Shown one piece after another: positions 24,250-37,893 of a stretch of DNA of 64,000 nt. Under the pieces are notes generated by a model. That model did not search any database. It was not told the DNA's origin and saw only the letters and a program-made list of their open reading frames with translations. The DNA is from Eledone cirrhosa (taxonomy: Eukaryota). The stretch is from the NCBI GenBank assembly GCA_964016885.1, contig OZ024741.1, positions 233,678,001 through 233,742,000 of the forward strand. The letters run 5' to 3'. Position 1 is the first letter of the stretch, and the number at the start of each line of letters is the position of its first letter. The position numbers and the translations under genes are program-made.

Positions 24250-25243
24250 CATGCCCTTCTTAGTGCCAGTCAACTCTATTCTCTTATCTCTTGCAGAGAT
24301 GGCTTTCCAGTTATTTGTGCCAAATATTTTTCAGTTCCCTTTTTTATCATTTTACCAAGTGCACTGGTATTGTACAGGCCTTAAGATACCACATTTTCTT
24401 AATTTCAATAGATAGATCTTTATATATACTGAGCTTTCTAAACTCTTTTGAGGAAATGTTATGATCTGATGGAATGCTCATGTCAATTAAGAAACATGTT
24501 TTCTCTTTATGGTCCATTGGCTTTGATTGTTCTATCAGTATTCACAGGGAAATCCCAGAGGATTGTTACATTCTTGCCTCCTATTACTTCATCTGGGTGA
24601 TAGTTGTGCCATTTTCCCTCTGTTTTCAGACCATAAGACATGCACATTACCTGGTGTAAGTATTGCCCTACTCTATCATGCCTCGTTTTATATTCCTGGG
24701 GAGTTAATACTTGGCAGCCTGAAACCAGGAGGTCTATGGTTCAACATACTGATCACAGAATCAACATTTTGGATAAATTCTATTTCTAATCACATTGGCT
24801 TGAAAGTTGAGTGTTGAAAGACACTAGTCTTGTGCAGCCAAAATGAAGCCCATACTCTCTGCCTTTAGCCCAAAACTCTGCAGCCACTAATGGGTAAGAG
24901 TTTGATCTACACTGGTTCTTTGCTACAGAGGACATACTGCCCATGCAGTGGTTTTTGCTCCCATATAGTGTACAGAATCTGTTGACCTTCATGTTTTACC
25001 AACACTTTGATATTCTTTGCAGCTTTAATTGCAGAATCAGCATTATTTTCAAAATGTATTCCCAATTCATCCGCAAACTTCCTGCTTTCCTTTGTGACTG
25101 AATGTAACCTCTTCTTCCTTTCATGATCAGCAACCATTTTCATCATCCAGTCATCTTTGGTTTTAAGGTACTGCTCAAGTCCAATGGTCGAAATCCTGGA
25201 AGACAGCTTGAACTGGATCATTCCTCTACCTCCGTTTTGTCTA
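24250..25243 (-). mobile_element. R4/Dong-like non-LTR retrotransposon C-terminal relic (RLE type)
   Basis: Minus-strand remnants KPLHGQY, GFILAAQD, ILWDFPVNTDRTIKANGP and LIDMSIPSD. Confidence 0.75.
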
Positions 25244-26479
25244 GTGATGATGATGGTGGTGGTGATCGTGATGATGATGTGGCATTAAGTGTAAACTTCT
25301 GAATTGTTTGAAATTTTGGAACAAATTCTCTCTAAATACATATATTTTAATTGATGTGGTAAAAGTAAACAATGGTGTGGATAAAGTATAGGGCTAGAAG
25401 AGTGTAGTTCTCTGTTAAAGGAAGCCTGTTAACCATACCATTTTGTTTGAGGTGAGTAGGAAGGTCGTCATTGCGTATCTTACTGCAAGGGAACAGAATA
25501 GGCTTACAATCTGGCTTCACTTCTATTTCTGGAGAACAACAGAAAACAAGGGTTAAATATGAAAGGAAGAAAGAAAGAATCAGCTTTATAAAACATTTTA
25601 AAGGAAATCAGTAAAGTAGATAAAATGGTATGGATTTGGTAGAGTGTTGTGGTGTAGTGGTGTAGCGGTGTATTGGTGCAGTGAGGGTGTGGTGTAGTGG
25701 TTGAGTGGTTTCTTGGTGTAATGTAGTGGCATATACATATTTAAAATGTTGGAATCAAAACACAGAAATCGCTATATATAATAATAGCTTTAGAAAATCA
25801 AGTAAAATACCTTTAGGGACAGAAAAAAATGACTAGCAGCCACTAGAGAAGCAAACCATGTGTCTCTCAAATTCTGGTTGAACATATTACCACAATGCCA
25901 AATGACAGCTGACAACAGCTGTAAAGTTGTTATATATAGTTCCTAATTTGGGAAGAAAATGTCAACCATAGTGGTAATACACTCAACATTTCAAATACTG
26001 AATCCTCCAAACACGTCGATAAATCATAAGATGAAAAATATGTGTGTGTGTAAACTAAGTGGTTAACTTAAGAAGAATTTGGAAAATTTGAAAGTTGAAA
26101 TGTATGCATCCCAACTTAAATTACCATAACAATAGTCGATCAGAATAAATAATTGTTGAGAAAATCTGGTAATATACCAACAGAGATTTGACAAAAATGG
26201 CCTGAGGTACTTGTGAGGAACTGAACATCAGGCGAGTGTGTTAGCCACTATGTTAAAGAGGTACTGGCCACTGATTCTGTCTTTTTAGAACATTTTAAGG
26301 CTGCAGCTAGAAGTCTAAGCAAAACGTAGTGGTTAACGCACATGGTTCGAATCCAAGAGATGTGGGGCTTGATTCTTTGCAGCTTCTTCTGTCCACTTTT
26401 TTCCGTTTTTAGGGCAACTTTGTGATCAACTAATATATATGTAGGAAGCCTGCACAGTACACTCTACATGTAAATGGAG

Positions 26480-26915
26480 TTCCACTAAAGCTGGTAAAGA
26501 AGTTCATGTATCTCAGGGACATGTTCACGAGTGATGGAAGCCAGGAGGTTGAATTAAGTTAAAAAATTGCAGGAACTGGTGCAGTAATGTGCCAGCTTCA
26601 GCATTCAGTAATCAGAAGAGAGGAAGGCGTAAAAGCCAAACTCTCTAGCTTCAATTCGGTTTTCGTGCCAACCCTTACCTATGGTCATGAATCTTGAGTA
26701 ATGATCAAAAGATTACAATAGCGAATACAAGCGGCCAAAATGGAGTTCCTTCGAAGGGTCTTTGCAGTAACATTACTCGATAGAGTGCGTAGCTTGGAGA
26801 TCAGAGAGTCACTCCAGGTAGAGTTGCTACTTGTCCGAATTGAGAGATCACAGCTCTGATACTATGGGCATGTGATTAGAATGTCTCATGAAAGAATCGC
26901 TGGACAGATTTTTCC
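26480..26915 (+). mobile_element. RTE-type LINE C-terminal relic
   Basis: PTLTYGHES, RIQAAKMEFLRRV and YYGHVIRM, with stops. Confidence 0.75.
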
Positions 26916-27276
26916 AGTCTACTTCTCAACAAGGAAGATGAAAAAACTTCCCTCGACACTTAATTTTAAGTCTTTAATTTTTAGTTTTTAATTCTTATTA
27001 ATTCTTTTTAATTGTATTACTCAACATTTGATAAGATGAATTTTACTAATACATTGAAACAGGTTATACTTTGTATACTTTATATACATTATAAAACACT
27101 TTTTTTTAAAGAATTGTCCCTCTCATTTTTTCAATAATGTCACTTTGACGAATCGAAGAAAGGAAAAAAAAGAAAAATAGACCCTTAAATATATTTTCCA
27201 TGCTATTTCCAATTTCACCTCTTCTCTGTCTCTCTCTCTCTCTCTCGCTCACTCTCTCTCTTGCTCTCTCTCTCTC

Positions 27277-27357
<81 letters not shown>

Positions 27358-27885
27358 GTTGAATGTGTGGTTGTAATCACTAAGGAGGGGGTGGGGTGGG
27401 GGGATGTGGGTGGGGGTGGGGTGGGGTGGGGGTGAATATGTAATCATAGAAATAAATATACTATATTGTGTAAAAATCACTGGCGGTGCCTTTCTGACTG
27501 ATGAACGAGGCAAAATCAACTCTCTTAAGGAAATTCTGACTCCTGGGGCGGTATAGGCCAGTTTGCCAAGTATTTTACCCAATATAGTATATATACATAT
27601 ACTTATATGTATATATAGGTTATTAGGTGGGTAACTTGTAGTTACTAGCAGCTACGCTGGTTGAAGCACTCAATGCTGTTACTCTGTCCATCAGTCATTA
27701 GCTTGTGCTCCAGCTTTAGGGTGGCTGTAGTTTGCAGAGTGTATATCTGAAGAAGTGTCGATTGAGAGTTGGGATCCGATCGCATGATCAAATCCGAGCT
27801 GATTGATAGAGAAACAAATTGTAATATGAAATAAAGTTTACAAAAAGCTGCAATTCTTATTGTCACTTTATACATATATATATAT

Positions 27886-29641
27886 ATATTGTTATACTTT
27901 GGGAGGGTCATGTTGCCAATGAGAAACACATGCACCAGTTGCTTTCACTCCAATTTATTATAAGTTAAATTAAATTATAAATTTAAGAAATTTATAACTT
28001 CCAATTGGTTAGTTGGTTCCACAACCGGACGGTTGTTCATATATTGTTCAAATTTAATGGAAAAACATATGCCCAAGAGGAGGGAGCAGCCATTGGTGTT
28101 AGCATTGCAGGTGACATAGCTAACCTATTCATGGTATGGTGAGACAATAAACTTAAAGAACAATTAGAAGACAACAACCTCTTAACCCTGATTATGTACT
28201 CCCGCTATGTTGATGATATAAACATCGTAGTAAAAACACCCCCACTAGGGAACTGTCAGGAATTAGAGAAAAACACCATGGAAAGCATCCAGCAAATAGC
28301 TAAATCCATCCACCAGAGTATTAAAGTTACTATAGATTACCCAAGCAAATACCCCAACCATCGATTACCTGTACTAGACACAGAGCTCTGGTTAGAAACT
28401 ATTAATAACAAAAAACAAATCCTCCATTCCCATTATGCCAAACCCATGACTTCCAAATATCTGATCCACCGAAACTCAGCTGTTTCAGACCATACCAAAA
28501 TCAACATACTGATTGCGGATTTAGTACGGGTGATGAGGAACGTGTCCCGCATGTGCAACTCCAAAGAACTAGAGAGATACATACAACACTTCATCCACCG
28601 TATGCAGTTCTCTGGTTACAATCAGAGAGATAAAATCAGAGTATATAGAGGAGCCAGAACCAAATGGGAAAAAATGGTAAATAATGATACAAATGGGACC
28701 TGCCCCTTGTATAGGAGCAAATTTTGGAATAGAATAGAAAGAACTAGGAATAAGGTTAATAAATAAACTCATGGTATGATAGCAATAAATACCAGAGTGT
28801 AATGTTCATCAATACAACCCCTAGAGGCGAACTAGGTTACAAATTTAGAAGAGCCCTAGATAAACTTAAACTAAATATTAAGATAGTGGAAAGACCAGGT
28901 ACCTCCATAAAAACACTTATTAGTAATACATACCCTTTTCAAAGACCACCCTGTATAGATAAGAAATGCATAATCTGTAAACTAAGACCCCATATTAACT
29001 GCAAAACTAGAAACATAGTATATAGCATAATATGTACTGAGGGACAATGTAAAGATAAGAATATAGTGTACATAGGTGAGACAGCTCGTAGTATAGGAGA
29101 ACGGATAAATGAACACTGGCGAGAGCTTCAAGATAGAAAAGAATCATCAGTACTCCACCAACATGCTAAAATAGAACATAAGGGCAAATTAGAGAACATA
29201 GAAATAAAAATAGAATCAACACACAGAAATGACGCAATGTTTAGACAAATCACAGAGGCAATAAACATAAATGAACTCCAACCAAAATTAAATAGAAAAC
29301 ATGAATGGAATAGCAACATCACAACTTACAATTAAGGACAATATGAAAACACACACACATAGAACACATGCGCAAACTAAGCACACAACACTCACAAAAA
29401 CAAGATGGCGTGGGACAAAACAAAGAGAAGAATCCCTGGTCACTGATAAGGTCACAGAATGTGTGACGAAAGAACTTTGATAATATATGAACAACCACCC
29501 GGTTGTGGAACCAACCAACCAACCAGAAATTATAAATTTCTTAAATCTATAATTTAATTTAACTTATAATAAATTGGAGTGAAAGCAACTGGTGCGTGTG
29601 TTTCTTATTGGCAACATGACCCTCCCAAAGTATAACAATAT
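27886..29641 (+). mobile_element. Penelope-like element, 5'-truncated (RT C-half + GIY-YIG), bounded by ~160-bp inverted pseudo-LTRs
   Basis: QEEGAAIG..ANLFM, YSRYVDD, LPVLD and MQFSGY, then NIVYSI.C...YIGETARSIGERINEH. Stop near 28140, frameshift near 28770. 27886-28045 is inverted at 29482-29641. Confidence 0.9.
29439..29481 (+). ncRNA. Degenerate minimal hammerhead in the 3' region of the PLE
   Basis: gtca CTGATAA g gtcaca-gaatg-tgtgac GAAA gaac TT tgat. Core G8 is changed to A. Confidence 0.45.
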
Positions 29642-30229
29642 CGGTTTCAACACGCGTTTTCAGATAAAGAATCTTGCTAAACAAATTCAAAAACGATATA
29701 TATATATATATATATACCAAAAGTAGAACTATACAAACAATTCTCAAAGGAAAATAGTAGTATGAAAATGATAGTATGTAATTGCTAGGTTTTAAAAAAG
29801 AAAAAACTCAATGCGTTTATAAAATATTTAAACGTTTGAAGAGAAAGAATGGAATACATATATCTTTTGAAACATGTGTAAAAGAGTAAATATGGCTTTT
29901 AGATAAAAGAAGCTAAATTTTCCATTTATACTCTTGTTTATATATATATTTATATCTTCTGAAGATTCCATATAGGGTAAGCAGAAATTCTTTGCTTGAA
30001 CTTTAATCTGTACTAATAATAAATATTTGCTCTGCTGGTTTATATATACTTATATATATACAATCCTTATCAAGCCCTCTTCGGATTTTGGTCTTTGTAT
30101 TTATTATTACTATATATATATATGTATACATACACACAAACATACATACATACGCACATACATATACACACACACACACGTATGTGTGTGTTTGTGCATA
30201 TATATATGTATATATATACATACATTGAA

Positions 30230-30780
30230 AGTATCATCCACCTCTGCAGAATGGAAGACGATCGAATCCCAAAACAACTTTTGTATGGCAAGCTTTGTAA
30301 AGGTAAGAGACCGCCTCACAAGCCAAAGCTCCAATTCAAAGATTGTGTAAAGGGCTCATTGAAAAAAGTGGTTTGATAGTGGCTGACTGGAAGATAGAAA
30401 CTCTTGAAAGAGAAACTTGGCATGGAATGGTAAATGATGAGGTCCATAATTTTGAGGACAGATGCATAGAGCATGAGAAGATCAAACGGGATGTGTGTAA
30501 GCAATGCCCTGGTATATCTCTCAAAAAAATCGGTGTCTCCATTGAATTGGTGTTCCCTGAGTGCAGAAAGATTTGCTTGAGCAAATCTAGTCTCAGGAAC
30601 CACAGTTGCAGCCATGTTCAGAGAGAACCAGTGAACTATTATCTCCACAGTATTGTGAAGGTTCTCAGGCAACCTGATGCAAGACCTGAGACCAGGGAAG
30701 TCCATAGTTGCTGTCAATGTGCGAAGGAGTGCAAGTCTCTAGCAGACTTGAAAAGCCATATCAGAGCGTCACACATCTGA
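30230..30780 (+). mobile_element. RTE/BovB-type LINE 3' end with C-terminal C2H2-like fingers
   Basis: RMEDDRIPKQLLYG.L..GKR....PKLQFKD, then C.QCAKECKS..DLKSHIR..H. Confidence 0.75.
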
Positions 30781-30861
30781 ATCTGACAAGCGATTGCAAT
30801 ACTCTTAGGGTGAGTTTTCAGCCATCATATACATACGCACACACACACACACAGAAGTGTG

Positions 30862-30892
<31 letters not shown>

Positions 30893-30894
30893 CT

Positions 30895-31965
30895 CATGAA
30901 GTTTTGAGACTTTCTTTTCAGGCACTTTTGATTGCCCTACATAATTTTCACTCTAATACATCCTTGATATGGTTATTATAGGCTAACATGCCAAATCTTT
31001 CTTTTCTAGATTGAAAGTTCTGGCCACTAGAGCACTTTAAACACTACCCATCACACATGTTTTGTCACAGCTGAGTGGTTCCACAATGCACTTGGGACAT
31101 GAGGACAACCTGGAGGCTTGATATGCAATGAAGTTTTGTGTCAAACTTGGCAAAAATACTACAGAAACCTATGAAATTATCAAAACTGCTTACGGACTAA
31201 CTTTCGTGAGCCGGGCGACTGTTTTCTGCTAGCACAAGAGGTTCCAGGAGGGAAGGGAGTAGGTCAGGGATGATAAGAAGTGTGGCAGATGGACATCAGG
31301 ATGCCAAAGCTGGTTGACAAAATTTGCAAATTTCTGGACAAGGACCTTCGTGCATCTCTCCTGATGATTGCAAAACAATTTGAAGTGGCTGAAGACACTG
31401 TGCACAGTCATTCATGATAATCTGAACACATGAAAGTTTGTTTCCAGGATACTCAATGAAGATCAAAGGCAGAGGTGCATTAATGAAGGCAGGAAGATGG
31501 TCAAATGGATCACTTTGAATCCAAGTGTCCTTGAGTCTCTGGTAAGCTGTGACAAGAGCTGGGTCAACTCTTATGATCTAGAGACCAAGAGACAGAGTGC
31601 CCAGTGGAAACATTCTGACTCCTCAGGGCCCAAGAAGGCCAGGCAAAACCAGTCCACTGGGAAGCTCGTGATGATCCTATTCTTCAACAGCAAGGGCATC
31701 ATCTAAATTCACTGGGTCCCCCATAGCCAGACAATCTACAAAGAGTACTATGTTGAGGTTTTAAGGCAGTTCAGAAAGCGATGTTATTGCAAAAGACCAG
31801 AACTCTTCAAGTCTGGTCAGTGGCACCTGCACCAGAACAATGCCCCCTGCCACAAATCTATCCTGATGACCAACTACTTGGCTGATATGGGGATCAAGAC
31901 TGTCCATCATCCTCCCTACAGTCCAGACTTAGCACTATGTGATTTCTGGATGTTCCCAAAGTGTA
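30895..31965 (+). mobile_element. mariner transposase relic
   Basis: From 31128, MKFCVKLGKNTTETY...; SCDKSW..YD.ETKRQS.QW; LHQNNAPCH; HPPYSPDLALCDF. Several stops. Confidence 0.9.
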
Positions 31966-31999
31966 CCTGTGTGACACCATTAGAAAGTATCTGGTTAGG

Positions 32000-32660
32000 T
32001 TTACCATTTTGTGATTTTATATGAGGTATTTAGAGGTATAAGTGAGTTAGAGTAATGTGTTTAATCATGTTATTTAGAGGAGCACTAATTGGGTTAATAT
32101 AATAAATTCAGGGGGATTGGAGGGTTCTCTTGGATTAAAGGATTTATGTGTATATTAGTATTCCTATTCTTACTTTTATTTTTATAATTATTACAAAGAA
32201 CAAATTTACTCATAATCACGTTAAACTTTTTAAGAGATGGCCTAGAATCCATGGAAATATGAAATGTTACTATTATAACCAGACCTAGCAAAGGCTTCCT
32301 TATAGTACCAGGTAGAAAGTCTCGAAATCCTGTGGGATACTTCTTTAACAATAGAATTAATGATAGACTTAGGGTGGTTATCCATCCTACATTGATTATA
32401 GTGGTTAATAATAAATTGAGCATCATCTCTATATAAACTGCTCTGTAAAATAGGAACTTCCTTGCTAAGCTTATATAATAAGTAAATATCAACCAGATCA
32501 GTGACTTGTGCTCAGTCACCTGAACCCATGGTAATAACAAAGTTGTTAGGACAGTTTGAGCCATCAAAATTCTATAATATTATGCCTAGCTGCAATTATG
32601 ATATCTATCTAATTCCTAGCAAGATTAATGAAACTCTTGGTGAATATTAGAGCATTGTTT
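32000..32660 (-). mobile_element. Degenerate Naiad-type Penelope RT relic
   Basis: Minus strand gives FVITMGSGD*AQVTDLV.IYLL...LYRDD (YRDD at 32422-32433) and NHPKSI, collinear with the element at 40-42 kb. Confidence 0.75.
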
Positions 32661-32671
32661 AAAATAATAGG

Positions 32672-33221
32672 ATAAATAAAGATAGACGGTAGCCACGGAG
32701 TAGGCAGACCCAGAAAAACCTGGGACGAGCTGATAAATTCCGACCTCACACACTTACACCTCTCCAAGACAATGTCACTGGACCGAGACCTTTGGCGGTA
32801 CTCAGTAATAGAGAAGACCCGCCTTACCTAAATACAAAGTAAAACCTACTACAGTCAGTAGGCATCTCTAACAAAATACACCCCCGTCCCACCACCCTCA
32901 CCCCATCCACACCGCCCCTTTCAATGTAATGTTATGTTGGTGCCACAACATCCAGGCCGAAACAAATGAGATCGTGTAGGTGTCACGACAAAAAAACACA
33001 GTCTACGCTGTAATGTGGCCGTGTAGGCAACACGGTAAAAACCTCCCAGCCCCACACTGTAAATGTGGTTGGTGTTAGGAAGGGCATCCAGCTGTAGAAA
33101 ACCCGCCAGATAGTCCTATGCAAGGAAGATAATCACTCTTGCCTCAAGTGGGAAAACCCCCGTCCAAACCCATGCAAGCGTGGAACACGGACGTTAAACG
33201 TTGATGATGATGATGATGATG
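32672..33221 (+). mobile_element. RTE LINE 3' end with (GAT)n tail
   Basis: Near-identical to about 48067-48620. Confidence 0.9.
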
Positions 33222-33320
33222 ACAAGAACAATAATTATCGATATTAAATTATAAGAACTTAAAGTTATTTTTATTACTAATAGTTTGAACCAATTATAAA
33301 CTCCGACAGATTAACAGCAA

Positions 33321-33512
33321 GCCCCTAGCAGTGGAGACTTCTGGTGTCTTTGGCCTAGGGCCACCACCTTACTCACCACCATAGGCGCAGAGCTGGCTAG
33401 CTGCAGGTGTGAGCCTTGCGAGCTGGAATAGTTCTTCCAGCACATCTCCCTCACCATCCCCTGGGGAAACGCCTTCTCTATTCTGTCCACTGGGGCCGTG
33501 GGGTGGCCAGCA
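33321..33512 (+). mobile_element. CRE-clade element short 3' fragment
   Basis: Matches the PLAVETSGV...GNAFSILS end of the 16022-16618 ORF. Confidence 0.7.
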
Positions 33513-34399
33513 CGTAGGACCCCATTTGTTCATAATAGTGGGAGATGGGGAGGGCTGGAAAGACGGAAGTGATGACAGTGGGAGTTTGGTTCCTCTGTGT
33601 TCGGTCCTGGTGTACATCTGTTAGTAAGTTGCCTTTGATTTATTTTTAACCGACAAGTTAAAGTACAGATGACTTGTTGACTAGAGTTATCTCCCATGTC
33701 TAACCAATACCATTAATAACTTCATCTGTTGTTCTAATAATGTCAATTTTATTTTTCAGTTTAGGTACCCACTGGAAGGAATGTTTGAGGACTCTGCCTC
33801 CATGAACCTCTCAGGAATAAGTGGGTGAAGAAGAAGTTTAGGTATAATTCTATAGGTACATGGGTGTTTTTAGTGTGTTTACTAGAGCTTTTGATTAGCA
33901 ATCTTAGTACCAGTTATCTCCATTTAACTGCCATATTAATGTTTTTTTTAAATTGATCAAGTAGCATCCATATGACATAATATAACGGGTTTTTTTGTTT
34001 TTGTTTTTCATAGTAATGAATAAGAATTTTAGGGTGTCATGTTAAAATGTAACCTCCAGTGACCTCGACATCATTCCTGCTTACTTATATTTACACTCTG
34101 CATGTTACAGCTGCCTTAACCCTGGACTACACTGAAGTATAAACCTTAAACGAGATGGAACCTTGTAACAGCATTGAGTGCTTTAACCAACCAACTGCCT
34201 GTAACTATAGTTACACACATATCTACCACACACACATATATAGATATGTACTATATATATGTGTGTGTGTGTGTGTGAGTGTGTGTGTGTGTAACAGGTA
34301 AACAGAAATAACAACACAATCGGTACAGTATATGGAAGGAATATATTAGTTTAATGCTTGAAATAACAGGAAGAGGGTCTTAACGTTTTAGATGCTAGT

Positions 34400-34439
<40 letters not shown>

Positions 34440-34812
34440 TATATACTAAATATATATATATATGTGTATGTGTGTGTGTGTGTGTGTACAGGTGTGTGTA
34501 TTGATGTTGAGCTGTTCTTTTTGGATACCTGTCACTGTTGTTCAGACAATGGGATTGGTCCAGTGCTAGGCATCACTTAATCTAAATAATTTTCAGGTGG
34601 ATTGCATGAGTATGGCTTTTTATTTTTTCTTTCATAGCAGCATATGCAGAAAGGAGTCTAAGTCCTTGGCAGGGCTAAAAAGTCATGTTTGTGCCACCCT
34701 TGTATGAAAAAATTATCAAAGGATGGGAATTCTTGAAACTGAGATGCAGCTGTTATATGTGTGTATCATCATATATGTATATACCCTTTAAATTATATAT
34801 ATATATATATAT

Positions 34813-34928
34813 ATAGGAAAAAGTATGACCCCGACAGCAGAGCTCAAGCCGTTTCGACGGTTATTTCAGTCCAGAAATAGCCGTCGAAACGGCTTGAGCT
34901 CTGCCATCGGGGTCATGCTTTTTCCTAT
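34813..34928. repeat. 55-bp-arm imperfect hairpin next to (TA)n
   Basis: 34813-34867 mirrors 34874-34928 around the loop agtcca. Confidence 0.85.
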
Positions 34929-35529
34929 TTCCCACTCTACTACCCTAAGTATTGAGTACTCTGGTGCATTATGGTCCATCTGGTTTCTTACCACAATTCC
35001 TTTGTTATATATATATATGAAGCAACAGCAAGTGGTCTGTAGTATGTACCACTTTTCCCTCCCCCTTAATACTCTTCCCATGACTTAACACTCCACCCAT
35101 CACCAGCTAAGTACCCCTACCCACCCCAGACCTACCACACCAATCTCCACTACATACACCCCCACCCCTCTTTCCACATCAGGTGCACCTCTCTTGACCA
35201 GCCTTTGTATACAAGCATGGAAAGCTGTCTCCAGCATAAACCCTTATAGAGTGGACTGGGTGCTTATTTGTCATGTCACCAACATAACTATCCATCCTAC
35301 AGGAAGAATTAGGTGCTCTTTTGTCATGACACCAGCATGAGCATCTTACATGGTGGATTAGGGGCTTTTGTTGTGTCGCCAGCATGACCACCTTAGAGGT
35401 TGGACTGAGAGCTTCCAGTCATTTCAGCAGCATTGTGGGAGACACAAGCCGAAACCGCTTGGCACTGCAGTTGGGATTCTACATATCTCTATACCCACTC
35501 TTTCTATACACATGTGAGTCATGGACTCC

Positions 35530-35920
35530 GACCACTGAATTGTAAAGAAAGATCCAAACAGTAGAGATGAGATGTTATTGAAGAAGCCTGGGAATCTCTT
35601 ACACAGAACACATCACAAACAAGAAGGTCTGCCAAAAATTACCCAGCACATGAGCCACTTTGATGATCTGCTGACTACAGTGAAGAGGAGAAAGCTGAGG
35701 TGGTATGGACATGTAACAAGATGAGACAAACTCTCCAAGGAACAGTGTGAGGAAAGAGAAGGCAGAGCAGGCAGAGGAAGTGGTGGACAGACAACATAGC
35801 TGAGAACTTTGCCACAATCCAAACACTCATGACTGCCAGAGATGGAAGTAATTGGTGCAGCGTTCAACACCTCAGTGTCCCAATGATCCCGAAAAAAGTT
35901 AAGGGACCATGATGAGGGTG
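35530..35920 (+). mobile_element. RTE LINE C-terminal relic
   Basis: E.WT......RKIQTVEMRCY.R.LGISY and TVKRRKLRWYGHVTR. Confidence 0.65.
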
Positions 35921-36119
35921 ATGATACCTACTCTGCAACTTCCCATGCATTGAGTGCTCCCATGATTAATGGTCTCCCCAGTCTCAGGACTGCAGACTCT
36001 ATACATATATATCAACAGCAACATCGTTTAATGTCCATTTTTTCATGTTAGCATGGGTTAGACAACTTGTCCCATTGTGGGACAAGTCAGATCAGATGAC
36101 CATGTCTTACTCATACAGA

Positions 36120-36600
36120 ACTGTTTCTGGCTTGATTTCTACGGCAACCACATTTACAGTGTGGACTGGGTGCTTTTTGTCATGGCACCAAAACAACCAC
36201 TTTACAGTGAGGACTGGGCACTTTTTGTTGTGTCACCAAGGTTGGGCTGGGTTCTTTTTGTCATGTCACCATCATGATCCCTTTACAGGATCGACTGGGC
36301 ATTTATTGTCATGTTACTACCATGACCTCTCTACAGGGTAGACTGGGTGCTTTCTGCCATACTCGACCTCTTTACAGGATGGATTTGCTGCCTCCTGCCA
36401 TGACCATCTTACAGAGTGGACTGGGTGTTTATTTGTAATGTCACCAGCATGACCATTCTGCAAGGAGGACTAGGTGCTCTTTTGTCATGACATCACCATG
36501 AGCATCTTACATGGTGGACAAGGAGCTTTTGTTGTGTCACCAGCATGACCACCTTACAGGACGGACCGAGAGCTTCTAGTCATTTCAACAACATTGTGGG
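36120..36600 (-). repeat. Array of ~45-bp RTE-tail-derived repeats (shorter array at 35240-35440)
   Basis: About 10 units of ttacag.gtggactgggtgctttt.tgtcatgtcaccagcatgacc. Confidence 0.75.
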
Positions 36601-37056
36601 TGTGGGTGTTTTATTTTCATTGTTCAATACACTAATACACACATATATATAGATATGTAAAATCCCAACCACGCCGCCAAGCGGTTTCAGCTTGCGTGTT
36701 CAGCAAACCTTTTTAAGCTGAACAAAAGTCAAAGATGGTGAGATGGATCTAGACTGCCAGTCTGAAGATCAGATTGAGAATGGAGTCAGGTTAATAACTT
36801 TGATGGGTGACCCCGAGCCAATCCACAGTGAAACATGCGTAACAGATCGATAAACAATAAAAGACTAAACGAAAATTCATCATTTTTCTTAATATGTACG
36901 CTCTATCTGTGCATTGAGTGCTCGTTTTGGTTCCACCACCAGTAATTCACTGTATCACAGACACTATATATATGTATTTATATATAAATATATATAAAAT
37001 ATTAAAAAAATAATGAATAAAACAATGAAACAGTTCCTTATATTAAACAAAAAAAG

Positions 37057-37209
37057 TTCATTATTTAACGATCGTTTCTAGGACATATATGTGTTAGAAT
37101 TGGCATGCATATTCAAAAGATCTATGTACAAAATTATACAAAATTATACAAACTATCAAATAGAATATACATACCAACACATACATATGCCGTCTTCAGA
37201 AATAATGAA
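37057..37209 (-). ncRNA. Type I hammerhead ribozyme with extended stem II (family C)
   Basis: Reverse complement of 39413-39565. Confidence 0.75.
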
Positions 37210-37567
37210 ATATATTTATTGATAATAACAACAATTCAAAATTACAGGTCTGTTTGGGAACAGATTTTAAATAGACCAATGAAATACATAAAAATATATC
37301 AAGAAAATACAGTTAGGTGTGTGTATATATGTAAGTAACTTCGTTCACAGATATGCATAAAAATGTATGTTCACATGTATACGCATGCCGAAAAAATGTA
37401 TGTAAATACAAAAATTCAGGGCTAATGTCTCTGTATGTTTATAATCCACAGACAAAATACACATACGTATACATACATATACACACTCATATATACACAC
37501 ATATACATACATTCATACACACACACGCATATACACATAAACATACACATACCCACGAACACACACA

Positions 37568-37601
<34 letters not shown>

Positions 37602-37827
37602 TACGTATATATTATTATTATAACTATATGGATATTGAGGCGCACACATAAACACGGCCACATACACTTACATCTAGATGCAGAACTAAAAATAGGTAAG
37701 GGAGTAAGTAATTACAGAGGGTGTCAGACACAGCCTATTTATAAAAATGTATCTATAAATTTAGAAATAAAAAGAAATATATTAAAAGAAATAAACAAGT
37801 AAAACATATACTCATACATAAAATACA

Positions 37828-37893
<66 letters not shown>

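Noticed and set aside
36120-36600. CRISPR-like appearance of regularly spaced repeats
   Set aside because: Units are contiguous and degenerate with no unique spacers, there are no cas genes, and they derive from the RTE 3' UTR.
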